Assembly: GCF_006345805.1 (NCBI RefSeq)
Contig: NC_042999.1
Span: 95,108,001-95,172,000, forward strand
Source: Octopus sinensis
Taxonomy: Eukaryota
Direction of reading: 5' to 3'
DNA: 64,000 bases
Made by a program: the position numbers and the translations under genes. The notes beneath the pieces are model-generated. The model made no database searches and was not told the DNA's origin. It saw only the letters and a program-made list of their open reading frames with translations. Each line of letters starts with the position of its first letter. Position 1 is the stretch's first letter. Shown in pieces: positions 38,521 to 51,035 of this stretch.

Positions 38521-41019
38521 AACACCCCTGAATGAACAGACATTCTAATCTAGCCTTGCCCAATTCCATTCTTTCTCAGATACAGATTTATCTAATTTTT
38601 ACAATGTGTTCCGCTTTTATCTGCTTTAAATGTCAGAAATGACATTTAAGGATGTTCTGGTGGCTATTTCTAACAGGTATGGTAAGATGAATGGCAATAT
38701 AGATGACTTGTGGTGGTGAGTAAATGATGATGATGATGGCAGTGGTAATAACGACAATTGATGATAATGCTGATAGCAATGACACGAGGATGACGATAAT
38801 GATATTGCTGATGACAATATCTGTGATGATGATCATGATAATAACGACAATGAACATGATAAATACTTCTTTCAAAACTAAATAAATGAAAAGATGAAGC
38901 AAGAAGGTAACAAAGGAAGCATATGATAAGACAGACTACTTTAAATATTAGTAATGTTCACAAGATATTTCCTCTGCTGAAAGATTCCTTTCTGCTAAGA
39001 AGTATTGTTATTACCCTGAAATAAACAAGTAGTTTTATAATGAGAGAGAGAGAATGAGAGAAAGATAGAGAGATAGAAACAGAGACAAAGATATATATAT
39101 ATAGAGAGAGAGACTGAGAGAGAGAGTACAACAGGGTAACATTAAAGCATAGTTTCTTGCCCATTTTTCAGGATATTTAACCTGTTAGGATATAGAAAAG
39201 CTGTACACAACTGTCTACATTTGCCATATCTAGACAATATTCTCAACTGAAGTACTACTGTCAGGCTGAATTCATTCAATTTCAACAGGCAGGATCTCTT
39301 AAGAAATGGCTTCTTTACATAATTGCCATCATGATCTTCTAGATTGTGATGGAGTGGGTGGAGATGAGCAGATAGGAATAGGATGTGTTGTCAGTGGTAG
39401 TATTGCTGCTGCTGCTGCTGCCACTGCTGCTACTGTTGTCCTAAGTTCTGCTAAAGTGATGATGATGGTGATGGTGGTGGTGATGGTGGTGGGGATGAAG
39501 GTGATGGTAGGGGTGAAGGGGATTATGATTGTAGCTGTCGTGGAGATGATAGTGGTAACAATGGTGTTAGTAAAAATGATGATGATGAAGAGTATTTAGA
39601 AGTGGTCCTAAATAATAAGTAACAAGAAAACAGTTTAGAAACTAGATTACTTCATACAAATCACTTAGCAAGAGTAAAAGGCAGGAGGAAGAGAGAGAGA
39701 GACACGGATGGAATTAAAATATGATAGAGAAAAAAGAGAGTGGTAAATGAAGAGAGGAAGTGAAATAAGAGAATAGAGAAAAAGAAAGAAAGAAAAAGAC
39801 TTGAAGAGAAGAAGCTATCGAAAACTAGAGAGAGAGGGGGGGAAGAGAGAGAAAGAGAGAGAACCAGTTCTCTTAAAAACAGTAAAATATCAAAGAAGAA
39901 TGTTAAATGTTGTCTATTGACATAAACTGGAGAAGACTTGAAGACTTGAAGTAGAAATATTATTCAATGTTAGTCAGAATAAGAAACCAACAAACATGTC
40001 AAAGTGTGCTGGTCATTCTATTTATTATTTCTTCCCTCCATTTCTTCAAGTAGCATTAGAATCTATTTGTTTTACTACTTGCTCAGGACCACAATTCCTG
40101 TAGTTTACAGCATTAAATACACCAGAAATCGTTTACATCTTCAGTAGCAGGAGGGCAGTGCATTAGCAGGGGGTGGATAGAAATATCAGCAGGGATAGAT
40201 TTACCTGAGAGAGAGACTTAATGCTATGAATATCTTTCTAAATTATAATTTGAAATCCTACTGGGATAAAATTTCATCCTTCATACCTATCCTGCAGAGA
40301 TGATAAAATTGATACTTATAATATTCTGTGGGTTATTTTAGTAAAGTAAATCCCTCCTTTAAAAATATAGCCTTGGTACCTAAAGTAGAAAATGGTATTT
40401 AGTTTCAATTCTACACATTTTGAATTCAAAAGTTGTCTGACTGAATTTTGTTTGTCAGCCCTTGTTATTAGAATTGTTGTTTAACCCCAGCTCAGCCCTG
40501 ATAGAGCAGAGCAACAATCAAAGGAATTCCAACTTTGACAATCCCATCTTTCATTTAGACAGGGTTATTTCTGACTATATTATCTAATATGCCCTTCTTT
40601 TTCTAAGCTTATAGAATATAATTTGAGAGAGAATTGGGTGCTATTTCTAGAAGTTTCATTGGCTACATAGAGGTTCCTTTATTGGTTAGTATAAAATGCT
40701 AATGAGAAATAATTCTTTTCACAGAGTAGCTTCAACTAGGCATAAGGTAAGTATTTACTAATTTTAACTGTTCTTGAGAGACAGAAAGGTGAAATTAACT
40801 AAGTGGAAGTTTTACTCAGAAACAAAAGGGCTAATGCTTTCAGTCCAACATATTTTGACTATATCTATCACTTTCAATGCAGGTAATATATTCAAAAGAT
40901 CAAACACCTCTTTCATGCATCAAGGTCAACTGAGGGTTGTAGAGTTAAATGCCCTTCTCTTAGCAATATATTTACAGTGGACTAAAACTCAAGACCTCAG
41001 AAATTAAGTTACTTACATG

Positions 41020-41978
41020 TATGATGCATATGTATGAACAGCCATGCTACATGGCAGTGAAACATGGGCCATGACTGCTCAGGACATGTGTAAGCTTGCA
41101 AGGAATGATGCCAGTATGTTCCGCTGGATGTGTAATGTCAGTGTGAGTACACGACAGAGTGTAAGCTCCCTGAGAGAAAAGTTAGATTTAGGAAGCATCA
41201 GATGTGGTGTGCAAGAGAGATGACTGCACTGGTATGGTCATGTGTTGTGAATAGATGAGGACAGCTGTGTGAAAAAGTGCAACACCCTAGCAGTTGAGGG
41301 AACCTGTGGAAAAGGTCAACCCAGGAAGACCTGGGCTGAGGTGGTGAATCACGACCTTTGAGCATTGGGTCTCACCGAGGCAATGACTAGTGACCAAGAC
41401 CTTTGGAGATGTGCTTTGCTTGAAAAGACCTGGCAAGCCAAGTGAGACCATAACCATGGCCTATGCCAGTGCAGGATAACAGCCCATTTGAGGGCACCCA
41501 TCAATCATTGGGCAATACACTTCACTTGTTGAGGCAAGTGAAGTTGCTGTCTTGGCCAATGACAGTACCACCTGATTGGCACCCATGTCAGTGACATGTA
41601 AAAAGCACACCATTCAAGTGTAGTCAATGCCAGTGCTGCCTAACTGGCTCCTGTGCCAGTGGCACATAAAAAGCACATTCGAGCATGATTGTTGCCAGTG
41701 TCACCTTTGACTCCCATGTCTGTGGTATGTGAAAAGCACCATTTGAGCATGGTTGACGCCAGTACCACTTGACTGGGCCTCGTGCTGGTGGCACGTAAAA
41801 TGCACCTACTATACTCTCAGAGCTGTTGGCATTAGGAAGGGTATCCAGCTGTAGAAACTCTGCCAGATCAGATTGGAGCCTGGTGCAGCCTTCTGGCTCA
41901 CTAGCCCACAGTCAAACCGTCCAATCCCTGCCAACATTGAAAGCAAACATCAAATGACGACAATGAGGATGATGATAT
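41020..41978 (+). mobile_element. Older 5'-truncated RTE LINE (ORF C-terminus plus 3' UTR plus (GAT)n tail)
   Basis: TAMLHGSETWAMTAQDMCKLARNDASMFRWMCNVSV...GQPRKTWAEVVNHDL; ends aatgacgacaatgaggatgatgat. Confidence 0.93.
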
Positions 41979-43797
41979 ATCATCATCATCATCATCATCG
42001 TTTAACGTCCGCTTTCCATGCTAGCATGGGTTGGACGGTTCAACTGGGGTCTGGCAAGCCCGAAGGCTGCACCAGGCCAGTCAGATCTGGCAGTGTTTCT
42101 ACAGCTGGATGCCCTTCCTAACGCCAACCACTCCGAGAGTGTAGTGGGTGATTTTATGTGCCACCGACACAGGTGCCAGACGAGGCTGGCAGACGGCCAC
42201 GCTCGGATGGTGTTTTTTATGTGCCACCGACACAGGTGCCAGACGGGGCTGGCGGACAGCCACGCTCGGATGGTGTTTGTTACGTGCCCTCAGCACGGAG
42301 GCCAGTCATTGCGGTACTGGCTACGATCACGTTCGGATGGTTTTCTTATGTGCCACCGGCACTGGTACCACAAGGATACAAATTCCATTGATGTTCATCT
42401 ATTTTGATTTGGTTCGATTTGATTTGATTCGATTCGATTCTCACTTGCCTCAACAGGTCTTCACAAGTGTCACAAGAAGGAAGGTATGCACAGGTGGACT
42501 GACTACGTCCCAGGTAGGGGCCACGGATTATGGCTTCACTAGTCTTGCCGGGTCTTCTCACGCACAGCATACTTCCATAGGTCTCGGTCTCTAGTCATTT
42601 CCATGGTGAGACCTAACGTCCGAAGGTCGTGCTTCACCACTTCGTCCCAGGTTTTCCTGGGTCTACCTCTTCCACGGGTTCCCTCAACTGCTAGGGATTG
42701 GCACTTTCTCACACACCTATCTTCATCCATTCTCGCCACATGACCATACCAGCGCAATCATCTCTCTTGCACACAACAACTGATGCTTCTTAGGTACAAC
42801 ATTTCTCTCAAGGTACTAACGCTCTGTCGAGTAAGTACACTGACATTACACATCCATCGGAGCATACTGGCTTCGTTCCTCACGAGCTTACGCATGTCCT
42901 CAGCAGTCACGGCCCATGTTTCACTGCCATGTAGCATAGCTGTTCGTACACATGCATCATACAGTCTGCCTTTTACTCTGAGCGAGAGGCCTTTAGTCAC
43001 CAGCAGAGGTAAGAGCTCCCTAAACTTTGCCCAGGCTATTCTTATTCTAGCAGTTACACTTTCAGCGCACCCGCCCCCACTACTGACCTGGTCACCTAGA
43101 TAGCGGAAGCTATCAACTACTTCTAGTTTTTCCCCCCGGAAAGTGACGGAAGTTGTTTTCTGCAGATTTTCGGAGGTCAATGCTCCAGAGCATCTGCCAC
43201 ATACAAAAACTATCTTCCCAGTTAGCCTACCTTTGACATTGCTGCACCTCTTATGTGTCCATAGCTTACACTGGGTACATCTTATAGAGTTTCTACCTAC
43301 ACCTTTTCTACAGATCGAGCAGGGCCATCTTCCTGAGGATATTTGTGGATTTTCTAACTTTCTACTTATTAGTACTTTGGTTTTAGCTAGGTTGACTCTA
43401 AGGCCCCTCGATTCTAAACCCTCCTTCCACACCTGGAACTTCTCCTCCAGTTCTGATAGTGACTCAGCGATTAGAGCGAGGTCGTCAGCATAGAGGAGCT
43501 CCCAGGGGCAACCTGTCTTGAATTCCTCCACAATTGCCTGGAGGACTATGATAAATAGGAGGGGGCTGAGTACTGAACCCTGGTGGACCCCAACCTATAC
43601 CTTGAATTCTTCTGTGTACATGCTGCCAACTCTAACCTTACTTACGGCATCTCTGTACATGGCTTGCACAGCCCTCACCAGCCATTCATCTATCCCTAGT
43701 TTCCTCATTGACCACCAGATGAGGGATCGGGGGACCCTATCAAAGGCTTTCTCCATGTCAACGAAAGCCAGGTACAGGGGCTTATCTTTGGCTAGGT
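41979..43797 (-). mobile_element. Young 5'-truncated RTE LINE with most of the RT domain, C-terminus and 3' UTR
   Basis: DKPLYLAFVDMEKAFDRVPR...GVHQGSVLSPLLF...LLYADDLALIAES...YLG...RGRGRPRKTWDEVVKHDL. Two in-frame stops found, no frameshift seen; (GAT)6 tail; truncated at a (TA)n tract. Confidence 0.97.
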
Positions 43798-44637
43798 AAA
43801 TATATATATATATATATATATATCATCTTGTATTTTACTTGTTTCAGTCATTAGACTGTGGCCTTGCTTGGTACTCCACCTTGAATTTTTAGTCAAACAA
43901 ATCAATCCCAATACTTGTTTTTTCATAACACTTGGTGCTTATTTCTATTGGTCTTTTTTGTCAAACCTCTCAGTTATGGGGGTGAAAACATATCAACACT
44001 GAGCATCAAGTGGTAGAGGGATACAAACAGAGACACAAATACACACACACTCACACACACATACAAAGCCACACACACACACATATAAATATAAATACAT
44101 GTACACACTTATTATGTAAGACTGTGTACGCTTGTGTATTTATGTGCTTGTGTGTGAATGTGTTTGCATATGTTAAAGAATATTTACTTATCATTTGAAA
44201 TATTCATGCCAATGAGGTATGCATTATGATTCTGAAATGAAAATGTTGAATTACTGATTGCATATTTCATAATTTGAAATCTGTTACAACAACTAGATCA
44301 GACTCCAGAATAAAGATCATAACAGTGTATACCTCAGTCAGCCCATATCAAACAACAGCTTTTGTATTTGCACAACAGGAAAAGAAAATCATTTTACAAA
44401 AATCATCTCACCAAATTGAGAAATTGATGTATGGTTGCAAAATTTGAAAAGAATGTGTTCAGTTCTCAGCAAAATTTTCATAGGTGCAGGCATGATGTTG
44501 TGGTTGAGTAGTTTGATATAGAACCAAATCCACCAAAGTCTTGTAAGTGGATTAGTTTGATTGAAACTAAAAAGAAGCCCATCATGTATTTGTTTGCATG
44601 CTGGGGAAAAAGATACCTAATATCATATTCATCTAAG

Positions 44638-44964
44638 CAATGGTTCTCAACCTTGTTTTTATCTATGGACCCCTTTGATTACTATTTTAATCTGGTGGAC
44701 TCCCATAACCAGTCAGTGTTTAAAAACTAGTTTTAAAGATTCACCTTTCTAAATTCCTATTTTGTTTTTCACACATTCACTTGTGTAGGTTGCACTATTT
44801 AAAATGTCAGAGAAGGAAACCTACCTGTGTCTTGTAATAAACAAATTTTTTCATGGACCTATAAAATATTACACTGAACCCAATCTACCGTTTTGCTTGT
44901 ATGGATAAACAAAAATCCTATCTGAACCCAAAGAGGTCATATGGACTCTAGCTGAGAGTCACTG
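44638..44964. mobile_element. hAT (Charlie-type) MITE
   Basis: Ends caatggttctcaacc and agctgagagtcactg; flanks atctaag and atctaaag. Confidence 0.7.
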
Positions 44965-46364
44965 ATCTAAAGCATACCAACATGAAAAAGAAGCTGAATC
45001 TAAAATTAACAAATACATACTAACTTCTACATCTTAGAAGTGGGATCTAATTACTTTATCCCTAATCAGGTTGCTAATTATTAAACTCCTTGGTCTGTTT
45101 CACATATTTGCTGCAATGAATCATTACATTTTTCAAGAGCAGTTCCCTGTGACTTCTACACACTTATTGCTCAAGTTTCACAGTGATACAAAACTGTAAT
45201 TGCACACTATTTTTAGCACAAAGTCAAGAGTAAGTAGGATGTATGCTAACTGCTAAATTGTTAGGGACCTAAACTTTGGTTGTGTAATTCAAATTCTTTT
45301 TAAGCTGAATAAAACTTTCATATAAGTTGGTAATAAAAATATCAAGAGCACAGATAACTGACTTAATCCACAAGGTATTGGACAACCAAATAATGGCCCA
45401 TCAATTTTAACTCAGCTTCTTTGCTCTCAATAACTGAGTTTACATGGCAATAAATTGATGCTGTGCAGTACCAACTTACTTGTATACTTCACCATTGTAA
45501 GCAATGGTAACAACCCAATAGAACTAATGGATATTTCATTGGCTAACATTCAAAATTTAATTCTCCCATAAGAAGAAAATTATAAATTTTCGGTAAAAAA
45601 AAGTCTTGGGAATCAAACTCAATATGGTTGTTTAAACTAGTTATTTGGCAGTTATGGCTCTTAGAGTAAGTCATGTCTGAATTGTTTACAATAAACAACT
45701 TGCCAATCTGATAGACACACACACACAGACGCACATTTAAAAATCAAGTAGTGAACAAGAAGTCTCCCTCAAATAAAGTACTCAGCATGGGATAAGACAT
45801 CAAGAATAACAGTATGTATTGCATTAAATTGAAATAGTTTGTTACGGATAGCCATATATTTTGCTCTAAACAAGCTTGTCAGATATTTAGAGTGAAACAT
45901 AAAACCATCTATAATGAATTATTTCCATTTAATTATTTTCATATAGATATGCTGATATTTAAACATACATGACTGCATACATACTATGTGTGCATATGCA
46001 TGCACATGCACATGTGTATTTCTAAATAAACAAGAATAAACTCATCTTGTATTAAACAAATTCAAAATGCATGTGTGAGGAGCATATAAATAAATGAATA
46101 TTTATATACATGCATTTCTAAATGAGACAGCCTGCTGATTAGTGCATAAAACTACCTGCCTCATAAAAATAAGTTATTGAGTGTTAGTCAACACCTCAGT
46201 TAACTCAGGGTAATGATGTCATCAACAATAAAGAGTGATAATATTTAAGTGAAGATATATCTTACATTTGCTTCAAGTGATAAAAATCAGAATAAGCACA
46301 ATCACTCAAAAATCTTTGCAGAGCAAAGGAAGCAATGAAGACATATAAATAATAAATAATAAAT

Positions 46365-46765
46365 AAATAATCTTTTACTATTTTAAGTCACTTGGCTATA
46401 GCCATGCTGGGGAACTGCCTTCATGATACTTAGTCAAACAAATCAACCCTGATACTTTTAAGCCTGGTACTTACTCTATGGATCATCTTTTGCCAAACCT
46501 CTAGGGGTTCCTAAGAATGTAAACAAACCAACACCAGTTGTTAAGTAGTGCTAGGGTACAAACACAAAATCAAAGACACACACACACACACACACATTGA
46601 TACTGACATAACAGGCTTCTTTCAGTTTGCATCTACCAACTCCACTCACAAGGTTTTGGTTGGCCTAGGATTACAATAGAAAGCATTTGCATATGTTGTG
46701 CCTTGCTGTGGGATTGAATCCAGAACCATGTTGTTTGGAAGCAAACTTCATACCACACAGCCACA
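46365..46765 (-). mobile_element. SINE family B copy
   Basis: Tail cttttactattttaagtcacttggctatagccatgctgggg; head ttgaatccagaaccatg...accacacagccaca. Confidence 0.82.
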
Positions 46766-47165
46766 TCTGTGTGTCTGTGTGTGTATTTTGTCATGTTTAA
46801 GAAGAGTCATAGTGCCTTAATATAACATACTCACTGGTTCAATTTCCACTCATTTTATTTATTTATTCCAGAAGTATTTTTTTGTCACTGCATTTGCAAT
46901 CATATCAATGGATTTTGACTCTGACTATTCATTATTGAAGCTGCATTCCTTTTTATTTGGTTTCTGTTTTTTATTGTGAAATTTTGTTGTGTGGGTGCAT
47001 GTGCATGTTCATGCCAGCATGCATGTGTGCTTGTGTATGTATATATATATATATATAAATATGTGTGTGTGTGTGTTTGCATATATGTATGTATGTGTGT
47101 ATGTATTTATGTATGTATGCATGTATGTCCCTATATGTGTCTTTATGTGTATGCATGTGTGTGGA

Positions 47166-47201
<36 letters not shown>

Positions 47202-47234
47202 GGTCATGAGTTTCTATTTCTTTTTCTTTCGTGT

Positions 47235-47634
47235 GTGTGTGTGTTTTCTCCATGCTGGCATGGGCTGGACAGTTTGAGAGGAGTTGGCCAGCTGAAGAGC
47301 TGCCTGGGCTTGGTGCCTGTTTTGGCATGGTTTCTATGGATGGATGACAATTCTAACACCAACCACTTTGCTGAGTATACTGGTGCTCTTACTTAGCACT
47401 AGCATAGGTGCTTTCTACATGACACAAGCACATGAACCTACAAGATTAGGATCCCTCAACTGAAGTGGGATGTAGAGGACATGCCTCTATGCAAGGGCAG
47501 CCACAATTTTACATTGCTTAACATGTCTTCTCAAAGCACAGTAAAGTATCAAAAGTCTTGGTACCCTCTATGAGACCCAACATCTGAACATCCTTTCTCA
47601 ACACTTCATCCCATCTCTTCCTGGGTTTACCCCT

Positions 47635-47681
<47 letters not shown>

Positions 47682-47700
47682 TCATCATCACCATCATCAT
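47235..47700 (-). mobile_element. Fragmented RTE LINE 3' end
   Basis: RGKPRKRWDEVLRKDVQMLGL on the minus strand; ccatgctggcatgggctggacag UTR motif. Confidence 0.8.
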
Positions 47701-47710
47701 TTAATGTATG

Positions 47711-47742
<32 letters not shown>

Positions 47743-48329
47743 TTGTGTATAGTGTACTGTCTCATGATGGTAAGATCAACAAAATAAGTGTTCCATCTGG
47801 TGAGAGATAAATATTATATAATAAACACAATATATGTTTTTATGTGCTACTATTAGTTTCATGCGATAAAAACATGCTAAACAGTATTTTTAATATGTCT
47901 GGTGCCTCAGCACAATCTTCAGTCACTTCCCACATGACATAACAAGCTAAAATAAGACAATAGGATGAGAGGTTTTTCAATCTTCCATCTTTTATATTTA
48001 CCTCTTTTTCTCTCATCCTATCTCCTATTTTAGTTTGCTATCCATAATCTCATAATCTGTGATATTAAACAGGTCAAAGACTAGTTTCCCATAAAATGAC
48101 ATACTGGTTTATTTATCTGGTGAGAATTGAACACAGCCCTGCAAACCAAATCTTTCATCAATACCATAGCAAAATTATGTTTTGGTAGTGAGTCACACCA
48201 GCTATAATACATTCTTACAACTGCTCTTAGTCTTAGCTGATGAGAACTAATTGTCTTGGATGAAACCTATATTACCCACTGTATAAACGAATGAATGCTT
48301 GGTTGATTGCTTGGCATGTTGCAGACTTG

Positions 48330-48468
48330 AACCATTAGTTCATAAATACATAATAATTACATACATACATACATACATACATGCATGTGTTCATGCTCAC
48401 CTTTGTAATTAAATATGAATATTCATATATTTGTATACATGTGTGTTTGTATGAATGTGCATGAATGC

Positions 48469-48550
<82 letters not shown>

Positions 48551-49030
48551 CACATAACATACACATACACTCACACACATGTATACAAATACATGCATAT
48601 TCACATTTCATTACAAGGTACAAATGATCATTCAACTACACATATAATCATGCACACAGACATGCACTCATACACTGCCACACATATTCCCACACACACA
48701 CTGCCACACACATTCCTACACACACACTACCATACACACACTGCATACACCCAGGTCTAAATATATCCACATTTAAATACATAGATGTGCCTAAACAGAA
48801 ATATATGAGCACACTGCAATGTGTATGTATGTGTGTGTATGTATATAAACACATATACACACACACACACATTCAAACACATACACATGTATGTATGTAT
48901 GTATGTATGTATGTATGTACGTCTATGTGAATTATATACTACACCACTGTACACATTTATAGACACATACACGAATACACTCAAGCACACACACAGAGTT
49001 TTGCACATACATTATTCCATCATACACAAA
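48330..49030. repeat. About 700-bp purine-pyrimidine alternating tract ((TA)/(CA)/(TACA)n mosaic)
   Basis: Seen directly; similar tracts at 15540-15830, 20580-20780, 23240-23960, 46980-47210 and 58580-58850. Confidence 0.93.
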
Positions 49031-49725
49031 ATGTGCAAATGCCTACAGACACCCAATATAACACCCATTATATTTATGTTATATATTCATGAGCAGCCAA
49101 ATTGAAGCGCCAACATTGAGTACCTTTAATTCTTTCTTTCGCAGATAATGCTGCCCCTTCCTTCCCCATCACCGTACTTCCCTTTCTTTCCTCTCTGCTA
49201 TAATCACCACAACTGTCATTACTATAACTATGGCTACTACTTACAAAATTTGGCTAAGCAAGCAATATATATTGCAGCATAATCTAGCATAACTATCTCT
49301 AGCATCTCATGTCTTCATTTCATAAACCACACGCAGTTTATATATGAGTTGGTTGTGTCAACGGTCTTCATTGAAAATCATCTTAACTGACTTTGGTTGT
49401 CAGAAATTGTCAACTCATTAGAATTGCATTATAATCATTATTATTTTTATTTTGTTATAGTTTATTTTACTTTTCTTTTTCTACTTTTATCTCAGTGCCT
49501 TGTGGCTGAAGAATAATATTAGTTTGACCTACAACTAAAATTGAATGCAGTTTCAGGGCTATTCTTTTGCTTCTGCCAGCTTGCTGGTGTTTTTACCGAT
49601 CTATTGAAAATGTTCTGTTATTATTAAGAAATTTCTCATTTGCTTGTTTGATTTATTTATTTATCTATTATTTATTCTTATGGTTACTGTTATTATTTGT
49701 ATTATTATTATTATCACCATCATCA

Positions 49726-49771
<46 letters not shown>

Positions 49772-50899
49772 CATCTTTATTATTGTTGTTGTTGTTGTTG
49801 TTGTTGCGGTTGTTATTGTTGTTTGAACATATGCAATGAATCATTACTTTGGGTTTAGGATGGAGATCAAGAAATTTCCATTGCAAACAGATTGGATTCA
49901 GAGACAGCTGGAAATGGAATTGGGAAGTTTGTGTTAAAATGGTAATATTTGAATAGCAACAGCAACAATAAAAAAACAACTACAATGAGAAAACAATAAC
50001 AACTAAAAATACAAAAATAGCAACTAAAATTAAGCAAGAATAATGTATCTGCCTGTTGGAATGGTTGGCTGGTCGTTTGGTAATTAAAGTGATATAAAGG
50101 GAACAGGTGTAATTGCTAGAGCTCTGAGACAACAGTGAGTAGAATGAAAGTGAACAAAATCTATCGTGGCTTACAATAAATAAATACTGTGTATGGTTGA
50201 ACTGATGATACTCAGAGCAAAAGTTATCATTGCTGAAGTATTTGATCAACAGATGATAATTAGGACAATGGTGATGATTGGTGACACTATTGCTGCTGCA
50301 ATTGATCATGGTAATGGTGGTGATGATGATGATGATTTGTAATGAAAATTGGATGCTGATGGGATGACAATAGGATAATGATGATAATAGTGGTGATTAT
50401 GATGTTAACGCTGAAGGTGGTGATGGAGTGGGTAATTAGTATATACAGAGAATGGTATGATAATGTTAATGATGAGAATGATGATGCTGATACAAATGAT
50501 GGGGATGCTGAAGAAGAAGGGGAATGTTAGAATGTTGTTTATGTTGATAATAATAAATGTCATAATGACCAAGAAAAACAAAAATTATCATGGTGATAAT
50601 GACAGGGACAATAAAAAACAGAAGTTTATGAAAATGATGATGTAAATGATGATGAAAATGATGATAATGATAAAGATGGTGACAACAATGATGATGGCAA
50701 GGATAATAATAGCTATGATGACAATGTTAACAACAGTGCTAATGATGCTGACAAAGAGAATGATGATGATGTTGATGATAATGATCATTATTTTTATCAT
50801 TTCATCTAAGCACAATATATATCAGAGTAATTCAAGAAGAACCAAAACCACCAATTGAAGTAGCTAATGATAATACAAGATAATCATCTCCATCTTGGC

Positions 50900-51035
50900 A
50901 TATGTCTACTGAATTCTTTCCAGCTTTTGTCTGTCATCCCAAGTGTGCATTAATGTTTGATCATGTCTCCTACATTCTTATTTTTGTTTGTTGTCACCTC
51001 ATCCTCACTCCTATGCAGATGATACCACCCTTTAC
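50900..51035 (+). mobile_element. Very old LINE RT scrap (CR1/L2/Jockey-like)
   Basis: HSYADDTTLYS (YADD at 51012-51023), preceded by a frameshifted MSPTFLF. Confidence 0.5.

Noticed and set aside
38095-38569. His/Cys-rich and Gly/Ser/Cys-rich ORFs resembling metallothionein or cephalopod structural proteins
   Set aside because: All frames on both strands are open because the DNA is a stop-free trinucleotide-derived minisatellite; I saw no signal peptide or splice context.
46266-46313. Possible 48-nt - exon FLSDCAYSDFYHLKQ
   Set aside because: AAG acceptor, short, no homology recognised; expected by chance in 64 kb.
49859-49941. Possible + exon DGDQEISIANRLDSETAGNGIGKFVLK (cadherin-like LDRE resemblance)
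   Set aside because: Weak acceptor and donor, only superficial similarity, and no compatible recognisable neighbouring exons.
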